The notes: generated by a model from the letters alone, not told the origin. A DNA stretch of 64,000 nt from Tubiluchus corallicola (GCA_030141605.1 JAQGDQ010000754.1:1-64000), one strand, 5' to 3'; numbered from the stretch's first letter, positions 38,897 to 54,996 are shown. Numbers and translations: made by a program.

Positions 38897-40634
38897 TCTC
38901 AGGAATTTGTGGACTTGAATTTATTTCAGACATGCAGATAGTGACTACATTATAGCGGTGGGCAATACCACCGATTTCCTAGTTAAAATGACTGATTATT
39001 TTCAGTCAGTAATCAATTACTATCATTGGCACCTGATTCCAAGTTCCAAGCCGGTGGTGGCTATGCAAATCTGTGCTCAAAGTGCATGGTAAAGCTTAAC
39101 TGACCTTGCCAAAAGGGGAGTTTAGCTCTCCTCACATTAAATTTGCGAAAAAGGCAACAAATTTTTACACCATTTTCAATCACTCTGCAGTAATATGAAA
39201 TTAGTAAAGCTACAGCGGTCAGTCTTGAATGAGATCTATTTTAAGTAGTCATGATCTGTATCAATAATATCGTATAAATTATAATCTTAATGAACTTCGT
39301 CACTATTATCCTCTTCAGTGTCAAAGAGGTATAACAGCAGCAACAGTAAACACTAAAATCAAATAAACTGCAGCGGCCGCGACAACATAGCAATGTGTAA
39401 ACTACATGTATAATGTATGCATTAATAAAAATCCGTTTTTAAGCTAACCCAATAGCTATAACTACACACGGACATTATCGTTAGACCCGTGATTCTGAGA
39501 GACAAGCATTACTTTAACTTTGTGTCGTCGATGTAGGTCAGTACTGCAATTTCACTATCTAGAAAGCACTACAACGTTCATATAAACTCACTGACCACCA
39601 TAAACAAGAACAAGTCGGTTAGACTCGGTTTAACACGGAGCGATAATCACACAAAGTTCACGAATCACGCGACTAGCAGCTGCAACTGAAATGAGGAGCC
39701 TTGCTGGCGGCTGCAAGCGTGAAGAAACACTGTACAACGTACGCATGCGCAATACGCGAAGTGCAATAAAATAGCCTATAGCTATAACTTTATCTGTTTA
39801 CCGGTACATCGAGTTAAATGTTTAATTTTCTTGCCAGTAGATGTCGTAGCATTAATTTAGGTTGCATCGTGTGCACTGCTATAACTGAATTATAGCTATA
39901 ACACTCTGTATTGTTAGCAGAAACAGGTTCGTGGCTTATGATAAAACGGGTTGATTACAGAAAGGCAATGTATTATTTATCTATGAGCTCAGATGTAAAC
40001 AGATTAGCAAAACAAGTAGCAACTGAGCAAGAAAAAAGAGCATATGAAGATTGTTGGTATTCAGAAATAAGCGCGGGCGTATCACGAATTTACGACGCCC
40101 AAGGCTGATAGTTCTGTCCCGCTCATCTCTCTTGTGAATTTATGGTTGTTTATGCAATGAGCAGATTAAACAATTACTTGTGGTGTAGTAAAAATACTAT
40201 AAACCTATTTTCTACGTGGTAATTATTAATTATATGTATTCACATAGTGCTTATATTCAGGCAGGACACGCAATTGCTTGCTGTGTAATTCCTTGCACTT
40301 GTTCATTATGTGGTACATATATAAAAGCTGCACTCAGTAACTGCCTGTGGTGTGTTATAAAATATGAATATGAGAGTGTACACATTTTCCGAGGAGACTA
40401 AGAATTTTTTCTAAAATTTGACACCTCTCAAACTTTGGCACCCCAGGCTATAGACTAGTTAGCCTATTGACTAATACGCCCCTGAAAATAAGTGAGATAT
40501 TGAATGATTATTAGGAAAGAAAAATAATTTGGGACAAATAAAAAACGGAGAAATTAAAAAAAATAAACACGGAAAAGAGAAATAAAAAAACTATAAACCA
40601 AAAAATATTACAAGAACATTACAAGAAGGGAGGT

Positions 40635-41022
40635 AGAGAGGGGATTCCTGTTGTCTGGGCAACTCGGGATCTCCATACACCTTGCTCAGGCGTGCGCCCT
40701 GGAGACGTTCAAGGATCGCACTGCTCAGCCACAGCCGACGCTGCAGCTCCATCAATGTGATCAATAACTGACTCTCTTGGCGCACACTCCATTGTCTTCC
40801 GAGACAGAAGGATGCCAACCAACACCAGCGAGGAAGAGAGGGGGTTCCTGTTGTCTGGGCAACTCAGGATCTCCATACACCTTGCCCAGGCGTGCGCCCT
40901 GGAGACGTTCAAGGATCGCACTGCTCAGCCACAGTCGACGCTGCAGCTCCATCAATGTGATCAATAACTGACTCTCTTGGCGCACACTCCATTGTCTTCC
41001 GAGACAGAAGGATGCCAACAAC
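40635..41022 (-). repeat. 200-bp tandem duplication, possibly an RTE-like 5' UTR
   Basis: Two copies 200 bp apart; the minus strand starts (GTT)n GGCATCCTTCTGTCTCGGAAGACAATGGAG. The RTE assignment is from memory and tentative. Confidence 0.6.
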
Positions 41023-41390
41023 AACAATAATATATTTAGATATATTTCTTTTTACCTTAAGCCCATGGTTCTAAGTTTTAGTATTAAATACTTTTAACGT
41101 GTATTTTTGTATGTGGAACAAATGAATTTATTAATATTCATCAACTGATGATTTTTAGCTCACTTGTATATATCTGTATTTATTTAATCTTATTGTATGT
41201 TTAGCCATGTTGTTTTCATAGATGAAATGTGGAGTAGAAGAATAATATTAAATCGTGAAAATGACGAAGTGTTCAGATTAAATTATCTTATTATTATTAT
41301 TATTATTATTATTAATTCTTTATTTGTCATTAAAATGGTTCACTCATTATAATAAAATTGAGTAAGCCTCAGCTTAATGTTAAGATACCA

Positions 41391-42264
<874 letters not shown>

Positions 42265-43126
42265 GATAACAACACTGTTCAAGACAAATGCGTCCAGTGC
42301 ATATTAAAAAAACTAAAGCGCAAAACTAAGGCCTAATTACATACAGTAAATGAACATATTTACAAACACCATATTAAAATATTTTTACAAAACAATATTA
42401 CAAAAGTACATTAAATTTTACACGACACATTTTACACTATATATACATTTGACATGACACAATTAACAGAAACATGCTTTACATTACATAAATTTCACTC
42501 ATTACATTTCCACTATTTATACATTTGACATTACAAAACAAACATAACACGTATTACATTACATAATTTTTTAAAAATTTTACGTTCTTAATCGTTTTAT
42601 GGAGTCAGGGGTGTTGTGTTGTGTTGACAAAATTGTGTTGACACAATAAAACAATGTTGACACAGTAATGTCCCTTACAACACCAACGTCCAGTTACGGT
42701 GAAAACATCTCGGCAAAAATAGACCACTTGTTAGGTTGTTTCACAAGCGAGCAATCAAAAGCAACCACTTACAATATAACCGGGTTACAAAGCCTTTCTT
42801 ATATGCTACAAAACATTCAACTTATTAAAATGTAATTTAATCAGTTTAATAAAAACTTCGTTAGATGGCGGTTCATGCAGGTAATTTAAGTTTTTTGGCG
42901 GGTGACACGGAGGCACTAACTTTAAGTTCAGTCCACTCCAGGGACACCACTCCAATATAAACTAATCCAATCCAGTCTTGCTGATTCACCCAAGTCGATC
43001 CAGTTTTGCTATTCTGCCTGTAACTTCAGTTCGTACACTAACTGAGTCCAATATATTTGATATTATCAAAGCTATGAATTATTACTACGAGACCATAGTA
43101 ACTAAATAAGACGGTTAAACATAGTA

Positions 43127-43468
43127 CAGTTGACCCTCGTTAAACCGGACCCCGTTAGCCCCGATATCGGATAAGACGGATGTCATCCGTGGTCAAGGAA
43201 ACTGACCGATTTCCGTCCGAGCCCGAGCGCTAAACACAACACGGCCTACCAACTGTAGAATAATTTCTTTATCCTCACAGGTTAACTATTTTAAAGTAAT
43301 ATACAGTATAGTATATAGTGCACAGTATATAGAGCAATGTATGTAGGCCTTATTAAGGTGATTATTCCTGTATAATATAGACCATATATAGGCATATCGG
43401 CATATCGGACAATCGGCTAAACCGGACCCCCCCCCCCCCCATTAGTCCGGTTTAACGAGGGTTGACTG
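43127..43468. mobile_element. MITE family A copy 3
   Basis: Same TIRs and TA flanks. Confidence 0.9.
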
Positions 43469-44029
43469 TACAAGGTTTTCTCAAAATAGTTGAAAAAGCT
43501 ACTGATAGGTGGCGGTGCTATATCATTCGCGCTTTTAACTTACTTTTAGAATTTGCTTGAAGCGCATTAAGAAGCTGCTGCAATCTCCTGGCAACATGTT
43601 GGTCACGTGGTGCATGTGTGCAGAAGCCGATTCATTGAGTGCTGGGCTTCTCGAAGATGCGACGAGGTGGTGCAGAAAGGGTGTTGCTAAATATCGTAAT
43701 TAAATAAGTTCCTGTGAAATTAAAGAAAAATGGCGCGTTATGAAATTAGTGCTAAACTGATCTACTTGAAAAAGTGCGTTACTGTTGTAGTATTGTGCCC
43801 AGGTTGTGTACAATGATTAATCCTAACCTCGTAGATGTGTGTATGATTAGCTTTGATTGTGTAAGTGTTAAGATTCGCGCAGACACTCGCTTAAGCGTGA
43901 GCGCACTCTTCTTTGTAACCGAATAATCGACTGTTTAATCATCTATAGAAGTTTTGGTGTAGTTATTATGTATAAAATGTGGAAAATGTGGCTATCGTGT
44001 GACGTAGTTTGAATTATCTAAGCCTAATT

Positions 44030-44280
44030 ATGGCAGAACAGTCCAGCGGACCGACGTCACTAGCTGCCGAAGATGGTGGAAAGGCAGGTGAAAATGCGTC
44101 GGAACCCGGCAAAAATCAGGAACCCGACCGGGAGTCTTCCGAGACGCGAGTTCGAGGCATGGATTCCGGACAGGCGGATCAGGATTCGGAGCTCCCGTAC
44201 CCAGATTTTGTGCCTGTTGCGTTCTTTATGGATCAATACACGGCGCCACGAAGATGGTGCATTAGACTGCTGGTCTGGCC
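44030..44280 (+). CDS. Cav3: Voltage-dependent T-type calcium channel alpha-1 subunit (Cav3, CACNA1G/H/I orthologue), first coding exon
   Basis: MAEQ...ELPYPDFVPVAFFMDQYTAPRRWCIRLLVW(P) matches the Cav3 N-terminal LPYPxxxPVxFFxxxQxxxPRxWCxxxVxxP motif; the exon ends at CC|ATATCCTTT, a U12 donor. Confidence 0.9.
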
Positions 44281-44290
44281 ATATCCTTTT
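44281..44290 (+). other. U12-type (minor spliceosome) AT-AC intron 5' splice site
   Basis: ATATCCTTTT exactly at the phase-2 end of the Cav3 exon; matches the U12 consensus RTATCCTT. Confidence 0.88.
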
Positions 44291-44519
44291 TAGTTTAAAT
44301 ATTTAATTAAAGTAGTACGATGTAAAAATCTAAGAAGGTTATCTACAAGGTCACCCATATGGGTTTTTTCTTTCTTAATTTCTATTGAAACGTTTGTTAG
44401 CAGCTCATAGTTATAGTTTTAGTTTCAGACCACAGTGCTTAAATTGCCGCGTGTATTATCAACTGTGTTATTAATTCGATTAAATAGTGAACTTAAAGTG
44501 CAACATTCATCTTTTCAAT

Positions 44520-45140
<621 letters not shown>

Positions 45141-45611
45141 GTTATTTCTATCTAACTTTATAATAGGCAATAAAACGTTATAACGGTATAATTATATTCG
45201 CCGCGCTTTGAATTCTTGTCCATGTCTGACTCGAACAACCCGAAATTTTGATGTTCATCATCTAACTGAATAGTTCTCTAAGGGAAGCTTTCAAAAACAC
45301 ATTTCACTGATTTCAAAAGGGATGTGATGGCTGGCTGCGTGGGGCTCCATTAACTCGTCATGGCGCAGCGATGGCTTCAACCAGAACAAATTGCAGCAAA
45401 TTTTAAAACGTCTCGAATAGGTCAACGCGAACTTCTCATGAAATCGATATCAGTTTTACTAATAAAGGCCTCCGAGCTGGTAGCTTAGTTAAAATGGCGT
45501 AGACGTTGAGCGTTCGATAAAAATAATAATTTACTAGGCTGTAGTTTAACATGTTGCAAATGTCAGAGAGAAAGAGACTGCTTATTAGAATGTGAAAAAC
45601 ATTGTTACAGT

Positions 45612-46946
45612 TCTCACTGGCAAGCTTACAGTAACAATGAGTTTCACATTGTAATAGCAGTCTTTTTCTCCCTGACAAGCTTACAGTAACAATGAGTTTC
45701 ACATTGTAATAGCAGTCTCTTTCTCCCTGACAAGCTTACAGTAGCAATGAGTTTCACATTGTAATAGTAGCCTCTTTCTGATTGACAAGCTTACAGTAAC
45801 AATGAGTTTCACATTGTAATAGCAGCCTCTTTCTCACTGACAAGCTTACAATAACAATGAGTTTCACATTGTAATACAGCCTCTTTCTGATTGACAAGCT
45901 TACAGTAACAATGAGTTTCACATTGTAATAGTAGCCTCTTACTGATTGACAAGCTTACAGTAACAATGAGTTTCACATTGTAATAGCAGTCTCTTTGTCA
46001 TTGACAAGCTTACAATAACAATGAGTTTCACATTGTAATAGTAGCCTCTTTCTGATTGACAAGCTTACAGTAACAATGAGTTTCACATTGTAATAGCAGC
46101 CTCTTTCTCACTGACAAGCTTGCAATAACAATGAGTTTCACATTGTAATAGTAGCCTCTTTCTCATTGACAAGCTTACAGTAACAATGAGTTTCACATTT
46201 ATCCCTCACACATTCACATTGAATAGCACTAATTCTCACTGACAAGCTTACAGTAACAATTAGTTTCACATTGTAATAGCAGCCTCTTTCTCACTGACAA
46301 GCTTACAATAACAATGGGTTTCACATTGTAATAGCAGCCTCTTTCTCACTGAAAAGCTTACAGTAGCAATGAGTTTCACATTGTAATAGCAGCCTCTTTC
46401 TCACTGACAAGCTTACAATAACAATGAGTTTCACATTGTAATAGCAGCCTCTTTTTCATTGACAAGCTTACAGTAACAATGAGTTTCACATTGTAATAGC
46501 AGTCTCTTTGTCATTGACAAGCTTACAATAACAATGAGTTTCACATTGTAATAGCAGCCTCTTTCTCCCTGAAAAGCTTACAGTAGCAATGAGTTTCACA
46601 TTGTAATAGCAGCCTCTTTCTCACTGACAAGCTTACAATAACAATGAGTTTCACATTGTAATAGCAGCCTCTTTCTCACTGACAAGCTTACAGTAACAAT
46701 GAGTTTCACATTGTAATAGCAGCCTCTTTCTCACTGACAAGCTTACAATAACAATGAGTTTCACATTGTAATAGCAGCCTCTTTCTCACTGACAAGCTTA
46801 CAATAACAATGAGTTTCACATTGTAATAGCAGTCTCTTTCTCACTGACAAGCTTACAGTAACAATGAGTTTCACATTGTAATAGCAGCCTCTTTCTCACT
46901 GACAAGCTTACAATAACAATGAGTTTCACATTGTAATAGCAGCCTC
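45612..46946. repeat. 55-bp tandem array x~24
   Basis: Unit gacaagcttacagtaacaatgagtttcacattgtaatagcagcctctttctcact. Confidence 0.97.
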
Positions 46947-47633
46947 TGTCTCTAAAATCACTAACACACTTTTTTATTTGCTGTATTGTGGTTAAAACGC
47001 GCTGAAATGAGGACGTGTGAGAGTTTTTCAAAATTGTCACGGAATTTGGAAAGCAATCACTGCAGTTGATTAAAATTTAATGAAATTCTTTTAGTGTCGT
47101 TACAATTTTGTTACAAACACATGTTCTCATGATTAGCATAGAGGGCGTGTTCGAAATGTAACAGCATCAACCTCGGTTAGAACCTGTCACTAAATGCCAC
47201 AGCTAAACATTTTCTGCTTCTTCATCTCCTGCTTTTGGGATGGTCTCACTGGGAGTCGACTGCATTCATGCATAATAGTGAAACGTACTAAACAGACGTA
47301 ATTCCAACAGTAATGCATAAAGTGAATAACCTCGTATGATTACGTTTTCAACACTTTTATGCGTTTTATAACGTGTTAAAACTTGTGCATCAAACGGCTG
47401 TGTTTCACTTTGATCTACGATACAAAGAATAATAAATTTATAAAGTTCGAAAACGATAATAGCGCTTGGTTCTCGTGCCGTATGGGCTTGCAAAATGTCT
47501 CAGCCAGTAAAATTTTGAACTGAAGCCCTGTTTCGGGGGACCTAGTGGTCTAGACAGCAGACTGCCGATACTCGTTGCATATTTTCAGTCTCGGGTTCGA
47601 GTCCTCCAGTTGCCAACGCCAAGATTTGTCAAC

Positions 47634-48154
47634 ATTGTTCATACTAGTAAAATCGGGACATATGTTTGAAGTTTTAGTGAAGGCTATTGTTCATGTTAGT
47701 AAAGTCGGGACATGTGCTTGAAGTTTTAGTGAAGGTTATTGTTCATATTAGTAAAATCGGGACATATGTTTGAAGTTTTAGTGAAGGATATTTTTCATAT
47801 GAGTAAAATCGGGACATATGTTTGAAGTTTTAGTGAAAGCTATTGTTCATATTAGTAAAATCAGGACATATGTTTGAAGTTTTAGTAAAGGCTATTGTTC
47901 ATATCAGTAAAATCAGGACATATGTTTGAAGTTTTAGTAAAGGCTATTGTTCATATTAGTAAAATCAGGACATATGTTTGAAGTTTTAGTAAAGGCTATT
48001 GTTCATATTAGTAAAATCAGGACATATGTTTGAAGTTTTAGTAAAGGCTATTGTTCATATTAGTAAAATCAGGACATATGTTTGAAGTTTTAGTAAAGGC
48101 TATTGTTCATATTAGTAAAATCAGGACATATGTTTGAAGTTTTAGTAAAGGCTA
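47634..48154. repeat. 52-bp tandem array x10
   Basis: Unit attgttcatattagtaaaatcaggacatatgtttgaagttttagtaaaggct. Confidence 0.96.
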
Positions 48155-48769
48155 TCTTCCTGTCAATTTTATATTTATCCCAGTTCATTAAAAAGCAGCA
48201 CAATGACTTCTTTGTCCATAGACGAACTTAAGGGTTCTACCCCTATTGCTTCTTGTTTTATCAAGGTCACTGCAACTTCACGGCTGAGGGGGGAGGCGCG
48301 CAAATTGAAGTAATATTTTTTGAAAATTTCAGCTTGTAGATCAAAATTATGAAGTTCTACATATGTTATCCTATGGTACCTAAACATCTGCATTTTCAAA
48401 AATTTATCACCTATAATTTGACGCTAAATTATAATTGTTCTGTGAACTTTTTGTAATTGAAAAGGCATTACAATAAAATGCTAACTCCACTATTGTTAAA
48501 TTTATTCAATGAATCGACGTATCATATCAGATGTTACTGTATCTATGGCAATGTATCTTGCTCTGGGGAGCATATCTCTATTATGCAGCTCAGCTCACTG
48601 CGTTATAAACTGATTAATAATGAATCATTGCAGAAGCTGAATAATTAAACAAAGTATGCACGTTTGTCAGCTTGCTTTAACGATGATTTTCTAATGCAGC
48701 ACCCTGTTTTTAATTACTACTAGGATGCCTTGAATTACCTTCTCTTTACAGTCTAAATAGGTCTGCCCT

Positions 48770-49112
48770 TATATAAAAAAAACTTGTCCATGGCTTCATC
48801 CAATAGCCATTGTAATATGAAAAAAAACTTGTCCATGGCTTCATCCATCAGCCATTGTAATATAAAAAACTTGTCCATGGCTTCATCCATCAGCCATTGT
48901 AATATAAAAAAAACTTGTCCATGGCTTCATCCACCAGCCATTGTAATATGAAAAAGAACTTGTCCATGGCTTCATCCATCAGCCATTGTAATATAAAAAA
49001 ACTTGTCCATGGCTTCATCCATCAGCCATTGTAATATAAAAAAACTTGTCCATGGCTTCATCCATCAGCCATTGTAATATAAAAAAAGTTGTCCATGGCT
49101 TCATCCATCAGC
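48770..49112. repeat. ~44-bp tandem array x8
   Basis: Unit (a)n cttgtccatggcttcatccatcagccattgtaatat. Confidence 0.95.
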
Positions 49113-50158
49113 GGTTGGTATAAATCAGACAGAACTGAATGCGGTCGTAGTCCTAACGTATGTACACCTCAGACGCGTACGACAACTTGCGTACGCTAAT
49201 GTCCCGCGGTCTAGTTATATTCCGCACTTGTTCGAAATCATTCTCACAGCGGCGACACCTCTTTGCCACTGACTACATACAGGATACGTCTGAAACCACG
49301 TCTGCCGGAGGGCTGCATCATGGCCTGATTTACTGTGAGCTCCGCTTCGCGTGGGGTAGCGCGGGGGAGGAATGCACTGTATTGGCATACATGCAGAATG
49401 TTCAACGCTGAAGCTCATGCGTGACGAACATGATGTACGCCTCACGATACCTGATCAACAGAGGATTTGAATTTTATAGTTAACAATTTCAAGCGACATT
49501 GCATTTTGAATACAATATATAAGTTACAAGTTTATTTATTTCCACTCTGCATCTAACAGTTATAATAAAAATACAGATAATTTCACTGAAGTAAATATAA
49601 ATATAAATGCAATATTATACAGAAATTACAAAAGAGATTCTTATGCAGCACATACATGTGCAAATTACATTACAGAATAATTTTGATGCCTACAGTTTGA
49701 GCCTAAAAGCATAGCTTGACAGGCCAAACTGTACGTGGAAATCTTAAAGAAATGATTAATAATTGAAATAATGATAATATTCACATAAATGTTTGGGGGG
49801 GGGGGGAGTAGTGAATGAAAGATGAAATGGAGCGAGAACTAAGAAAAACTGTGATCATGATTATAAAGTGAATCATGATTATATAGCTTATGGGGGGAAT
49901 CTCATTTGGCTGAATGTGTTAACTGAATTTTTTTTCATTTTAGCTTTAATTTTATATGCTATTTCTCTAGTTTGTAGTTTGGAATATATTTGCACAGAAA
50001 AGGGGCTTGATTGTCACGGCGTGCGTGCTTGGCTACGATAGTTAATTAGTGGTGAGCTTAGACAGTGAATGGATAGATGACCAATGTTAAGCTTGCAGTT
50101 TATTCAGAATGCACAGCGAACGCGAATTACGTTTTTACGTTTAGAAATGTGCGTATAT

Positions 50159-51295
50159 AGGGATGCTGCTTGGCTATCGTACTTAAACAGTGTGGAGCCT
50201 AGCCAATAGATAGATGGGTGACCCGAATTTGCTTCTGTAGTTTATTCAGTAAAGCGCATCAACAGAGAAACGATTTTTTCTCATATTTCTCAGATCACAC
50301 AGAAACAATTGATAGTATTAGGGATGCTGCTTGGCTATCGTACTTAAACAGTGTCGAGCCTAGCCAATAAATAGATGGGTGACCAGAATTTGCTTCTGTA
50401 GTTTGTTCAGTAAAGCACGTCAACAGAGAAACTATTTTTTCTCATATTTCTCAGATCACACAGAAACAATTGATAGTATTAGGGATGCTGCTTGGCTATC
50501 GTACTTAAACAGTGTCGAGCCTAGCCAATAAATAGATGGGTGACCAGAATTTGCTTCTGTAGTTTGTTCAGTAAAGCACGTCAACAGAGAAACTATTTTT
50601 TCTCATATTTCTCAGATCACACAGAAACAATTGATAGTATTAGGGATGCTGCTTGGCTATCGTATTTAAATAGTGTCGAGCCTAGCCAATGAATAGATGG
50701 GTGACCAGAATTTGCTTCTGTAGTTTGTTCAGTAAAGCACATCAACAGAGAAACGATTTTTTCTTATATTTCTCAGATCACACAGAAACAATTGATAGTA
50801 TTAGGGATGCTGCTTGGCTATCGTACTTAAACAGTGTCGAGCCTAGCCAATAAATAGATGGGTGACCAGAATTTGCTTCTGTAGTTTGTTCAGTAAAGCA
50901 CGTCAACAGAGAAACTATTTTTTCTCATATTTCTCAGATCACACAGAAACAATTGATAGTATTAGGGATGCTGCTTGGCTATCGTACTTAAACAGTGTCG
51001 AGCCTAGCCAATAAATAGATGGGTGACCAGAATTTGCTTCTGTAGTTTGTTCAGTAAAGCACGTCAACAGAGAAACTATTTTTTCTTATATTTCTCAGAT
51101 CACACAGAAACAATTGATAGTATTAGGGATGCTGCTTGGCTATCGTACTTAAACAGTGTCGAGCCTAGCCAATAAATAGATGGGTGACCAGAATTTGCTT
51201 CTGTAGTTTGTTCAGTAAAGCGCATCAACAGAGAAACGATTTTTTCTTATATTTCTCAGATCACACAGAAACAATTGATAGTATTTAGGGATGCT
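50159..51295 (+). repeat. 161-bp tandem array x7 with a 5S-rRNA-like segment
   Basis: Unit contains cgtacttaaacagtgtcgagcctagccaataaatagatgggtgacc. Confidence 0.93.
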
Positions 51296-51552
51296 GAAGG
51301 TTCGTGGATTCCTCACCTCATAATCTTAACTGGCGTTATCTGTAGCGCGGGAAGCTGCGAGTCTCATCCGCACATCAATGCAAGCTGCAGCCGTGCAAGA
51401 AATTTCGAAATCTCTCCTCCGTATGGATTTCAAAGACTTTGTTTGTATCGTGCCGTGATTTGTCGTTCCCTTGTGCTGTAAATCCTGATAACTTGGCTTC
51501 CAAGCGCGCGTGTCTTCCACTGGTTTCCTGTAGTTACGTATGCTAATAGATT

Positions 51553-51793
51553 TTGCCCACAACTCTAGCGGGACAGCGGGACATAAAACTGTCAATTCTG
51601 TACACATACACGCATACACATACACATACGCGTACGCGTACACGTACACGTACACATACACGTACACGTACACGTACACATACCATACACATACACATAC
51701 ACATACCATACACATACGCATACGCATACACGTACACGTACACGTACACGCACACGCACACGCACACGCACACGCATACGCATACACGTACAC

Positions 51794-51865
<72 letters not shown>

Positions 51866-52880
51866 ATATACATATGCAGACCGAGGGTATGTATATACTG
51901 GTCATATGGATGATACATACATATCAGGAGCTGTGACTTTTGCGTCAATTTTAGTATTAACAGTTACCTTTGCTAACACTAAAATTATCTTAAAAGTTAC
52001 GAACGCGCGTCATTGATTCATATTTTGGCGGTCGTGGATGGACTGAACATAGTTATTACTTTCGTTTAGTGATTACAGTACTATAAACTTTAGGTTCCCA
52101 TCTTTATATTAATAAGATTAATTATTATAATCATCACTAGGTGTCGCTTCTTGTTTCTAAGTTACGGACGCACGTCATTGATCCGTATTTTGGCGGTCGT
52201 GGATGGACTGAACATAGTTATTACTTTCGTTTAGTGATTACAGTACTATAAACTTTAGGTTCCCATCTTTATATTAATAAGATTAATTATTATAATCATC
52301 ACTAGGTGTCGCTTCTTGTTTCTAAGTTACGGACGCACGTCATTGATCCATATTTTGGCGGTCGTGGATGGACTGAACACAGTTATTACTTTCGTTTAGT
52401 GATTACAGTACTATAAACTTTAGGTTCCCATCTTTATATTAATAAGATTAATTATTATAATCATCACTAGGTGTCGCTTCTTGTTTCTAAGTTACGGACG
52501 CACGTCATTGATCCATATTTTGGCGGTCGTGGATGGACTGAACACAGTTATTACTTTCGTTTAGTGATTACAGTACTATAAACTTTAGGTTCCCATCTTT
52601 ATATTAATAAGATTAATTATTATAATCATCACTAGGTGTCGCTTCTTGTTTCTAAGTTACGGACGCGCGTCATTGATCCATATTTTGGCGGTCGTGAATG
52701 GACTGAACACAGTTATTACTTTCGTTTAGTGATTACAGTACTATAAACTTTAGGTTCCCATCTTTATATTAATAAAATTAATTATTATAATCATCACCAG
52801 GTGTCGTTTCTTGTTTCTACACTTTCTTGCCCACAACTCTAGCGGGACAGCAGGACACAAAACTGTCAGTTCTGTACACA
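51553..52880. mobile_element. Composite element: CA microsatellite, hairpins and a 165-bp x5 array (Pearl/HINE-like)
   Basis: A second copy at 61550-62240 has 2 units; AACAAG-type end on the minus strand; flanked by a 54-bp direct repeat. Confidence 0.6.
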
Positions 52881-53242
52881 GAAAGCAGGATGGTGTCACA
52901 CAGTAATAAATACGTTGTTATGCAGGAGTATACTATTACTGGGTTGTTGTCGATATTACTGTCGTTAAATTGTCATTGTTATACTATTGTTGTTACCGAA
53001 GCTGCTACTGTTTTACTGTATTAATATAGCTGTCCGGAAAGCGGAAGGTTCGGGTTCGAGTCCCAGTAAAGACGCAAAATTTTTCCGACTTCTAATTTAG
53101 TATTGCTTTCGTACACTTATATGATTACTGTTATTGTTGCCACAGCAACGGCGCGGCGGCAATTTTGCGAGAGCACTCACAGCAGTTTAATGTAGCTGAA
53201 CTCTATTGTAGCACATAGGCAGTAATTTTTGAAAAACACGTA

Positions 53243-54468
53243 TTGGTCTTAGGTTTCATTTACAGTGAAAATCAAACAAAAAGTTCTTGCATTGGTCTTA
53301 GCTAACGTGGTTTTAGTGAGCAAAACTGACCTGTGCACAGATGGTGAGAACACAACTGGGTTTCATTTACATCGAAAATCAAACAAAAAGTTCTTACATT
53401 GGTCTTAGCTAACGTGATTTTAGTGAGCAAAACTGACCTGTGCACAGATGGTGAGAACAGAACTAGGTTTCATTTACATCGAAAATCAAACAAAAAGTTC
53501 TTACATTGGTCTTAGCTAACGTAGTTTTAGTGAGCAAAACTGACCTGTGTACAGATGGTGAGAACAGAACTAGGTTTCATTTACAGCGAAAATCAAACAA
53601 AAAGTTCTTACATTGGTCTTAGCTAACGTAGTTTTAGTGAGCAAAACTGACCTGTGTACAGATGGTGAGAACAGAACTAGGTTTCATTTACATCGAAAAT
53701 CAAACAAAAAGTTCTTACATTGGTCTTAGCTAACGTAGTTTTAGTGAGCAAAACTGACCTGTGTACAGATGGTGAGAACACAACTAGGTTTCATTTACAG
53801 TGAAAATCAAACAAAAAGTTCTTACATTGGTCTTAGCTAACGTAGTTTTAGTGAGCAAAACTGACCTGTGCACAGATGGTGAGAACAGAACTAGGTTTCA
53901 TTTACAGTGAAAATCAAACAAAAAGTTCTTGCATTGGTCTTAGTTAATGTGGTTTTAGTGAGCAAAACTGACCTGTGCACAGATGGTGAGAACAGAACTA
54001 GGTTTCATTTACATCGAAAATCAAACAAAAAGTTCTTACATTGGTCGTAGCTAACGTGGTTTTAGTGAGCAAAACTGACCTGTGTACAGATGGTGAGAAC
54101 AGAACTAGGTTTCATTTACAGTGAAAATCAAACAAAAAGTTCTTACATTGGTCTTAGCTAACGTGGTTTTAGTGAGCAAAACTGACCTGTGCACAGATGG
54201 TGAGAACAGAACTAGGTTTCATTTACAGCGAAAATCAAACAAAAAGTTCTTACATTGGTCTTAGCTAACGTAGTTTTAGTGAGCAAAACTGACCTGTGCA
54301 CAGATGGTGAGAACAGAACTGGGTTTCATTTACAGTGAAAATCAAACAAAAAGTTCTTACATTGGTCTTAGCTAACGTAGTTTTAGTGAGCAAAACTGAC
54401 CTGTGCACAGATGGTGAGAACACAACTAGGTTTCATTTACAGTGAAATCAAACAAAAAGTTCTTACAT
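53243..54468. repeat. 107-bp tandem array x~11
   Basis: Unit ggtttcatttacag..aaaatcaaacaaaaagttcttacattggtcttagc... Confidence 0.96.
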
Positions 54469-54996
54469 AAATGAGAAAAAGAAGACGCATGAATATGGCT
54501 GTCGGCATCAGAAACAGAAAATAAAATAACTAGGAGACTAATGTCAGTCTTTTGCTTCAAACTATAGTAACATTTGCTTAGGTGTTCCATGGTTTAATAC
54601 ATAGCTTAATTAATAATAACTCTTACATATCTTTAAATATTTTACATGTTTTATTGTGCATGTTTGTTGGTTCTTCATGTAGCCTCTTGAATGCTATGGC
54701 AAGAACGGCTGTTTGGACAATGTTTTATGTGAGATACTCAGTTCTTACAAAATGTCTGGCTAGCAACTATTGATTGTCACAGAATTCTTTCTGCGAATGT
54801 TCGTTCTCTCAATTTATTTGCCATGTCCGAAGATGCGACTCTTTTAAATGATTGAATCTCAGTGTGCAGCTAATGTCTCCCGCTTGTTAGCTAACAAACC
54901 ATTAACGCGAGCACTAACAGCCTGCTGTACTTGTTGCACTGACAAGTTATAAAATGTAAGTAAGTAAAGTTTTGAAATCTAGTAAAAAAATTACGA

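Noticed and set aside
40820-40850. HDV-ribozyme-like TCCTCGCTGG on the minus strand
   Set aside because: The P3 5' strand and the nested P1/P2 pairings could not be built.
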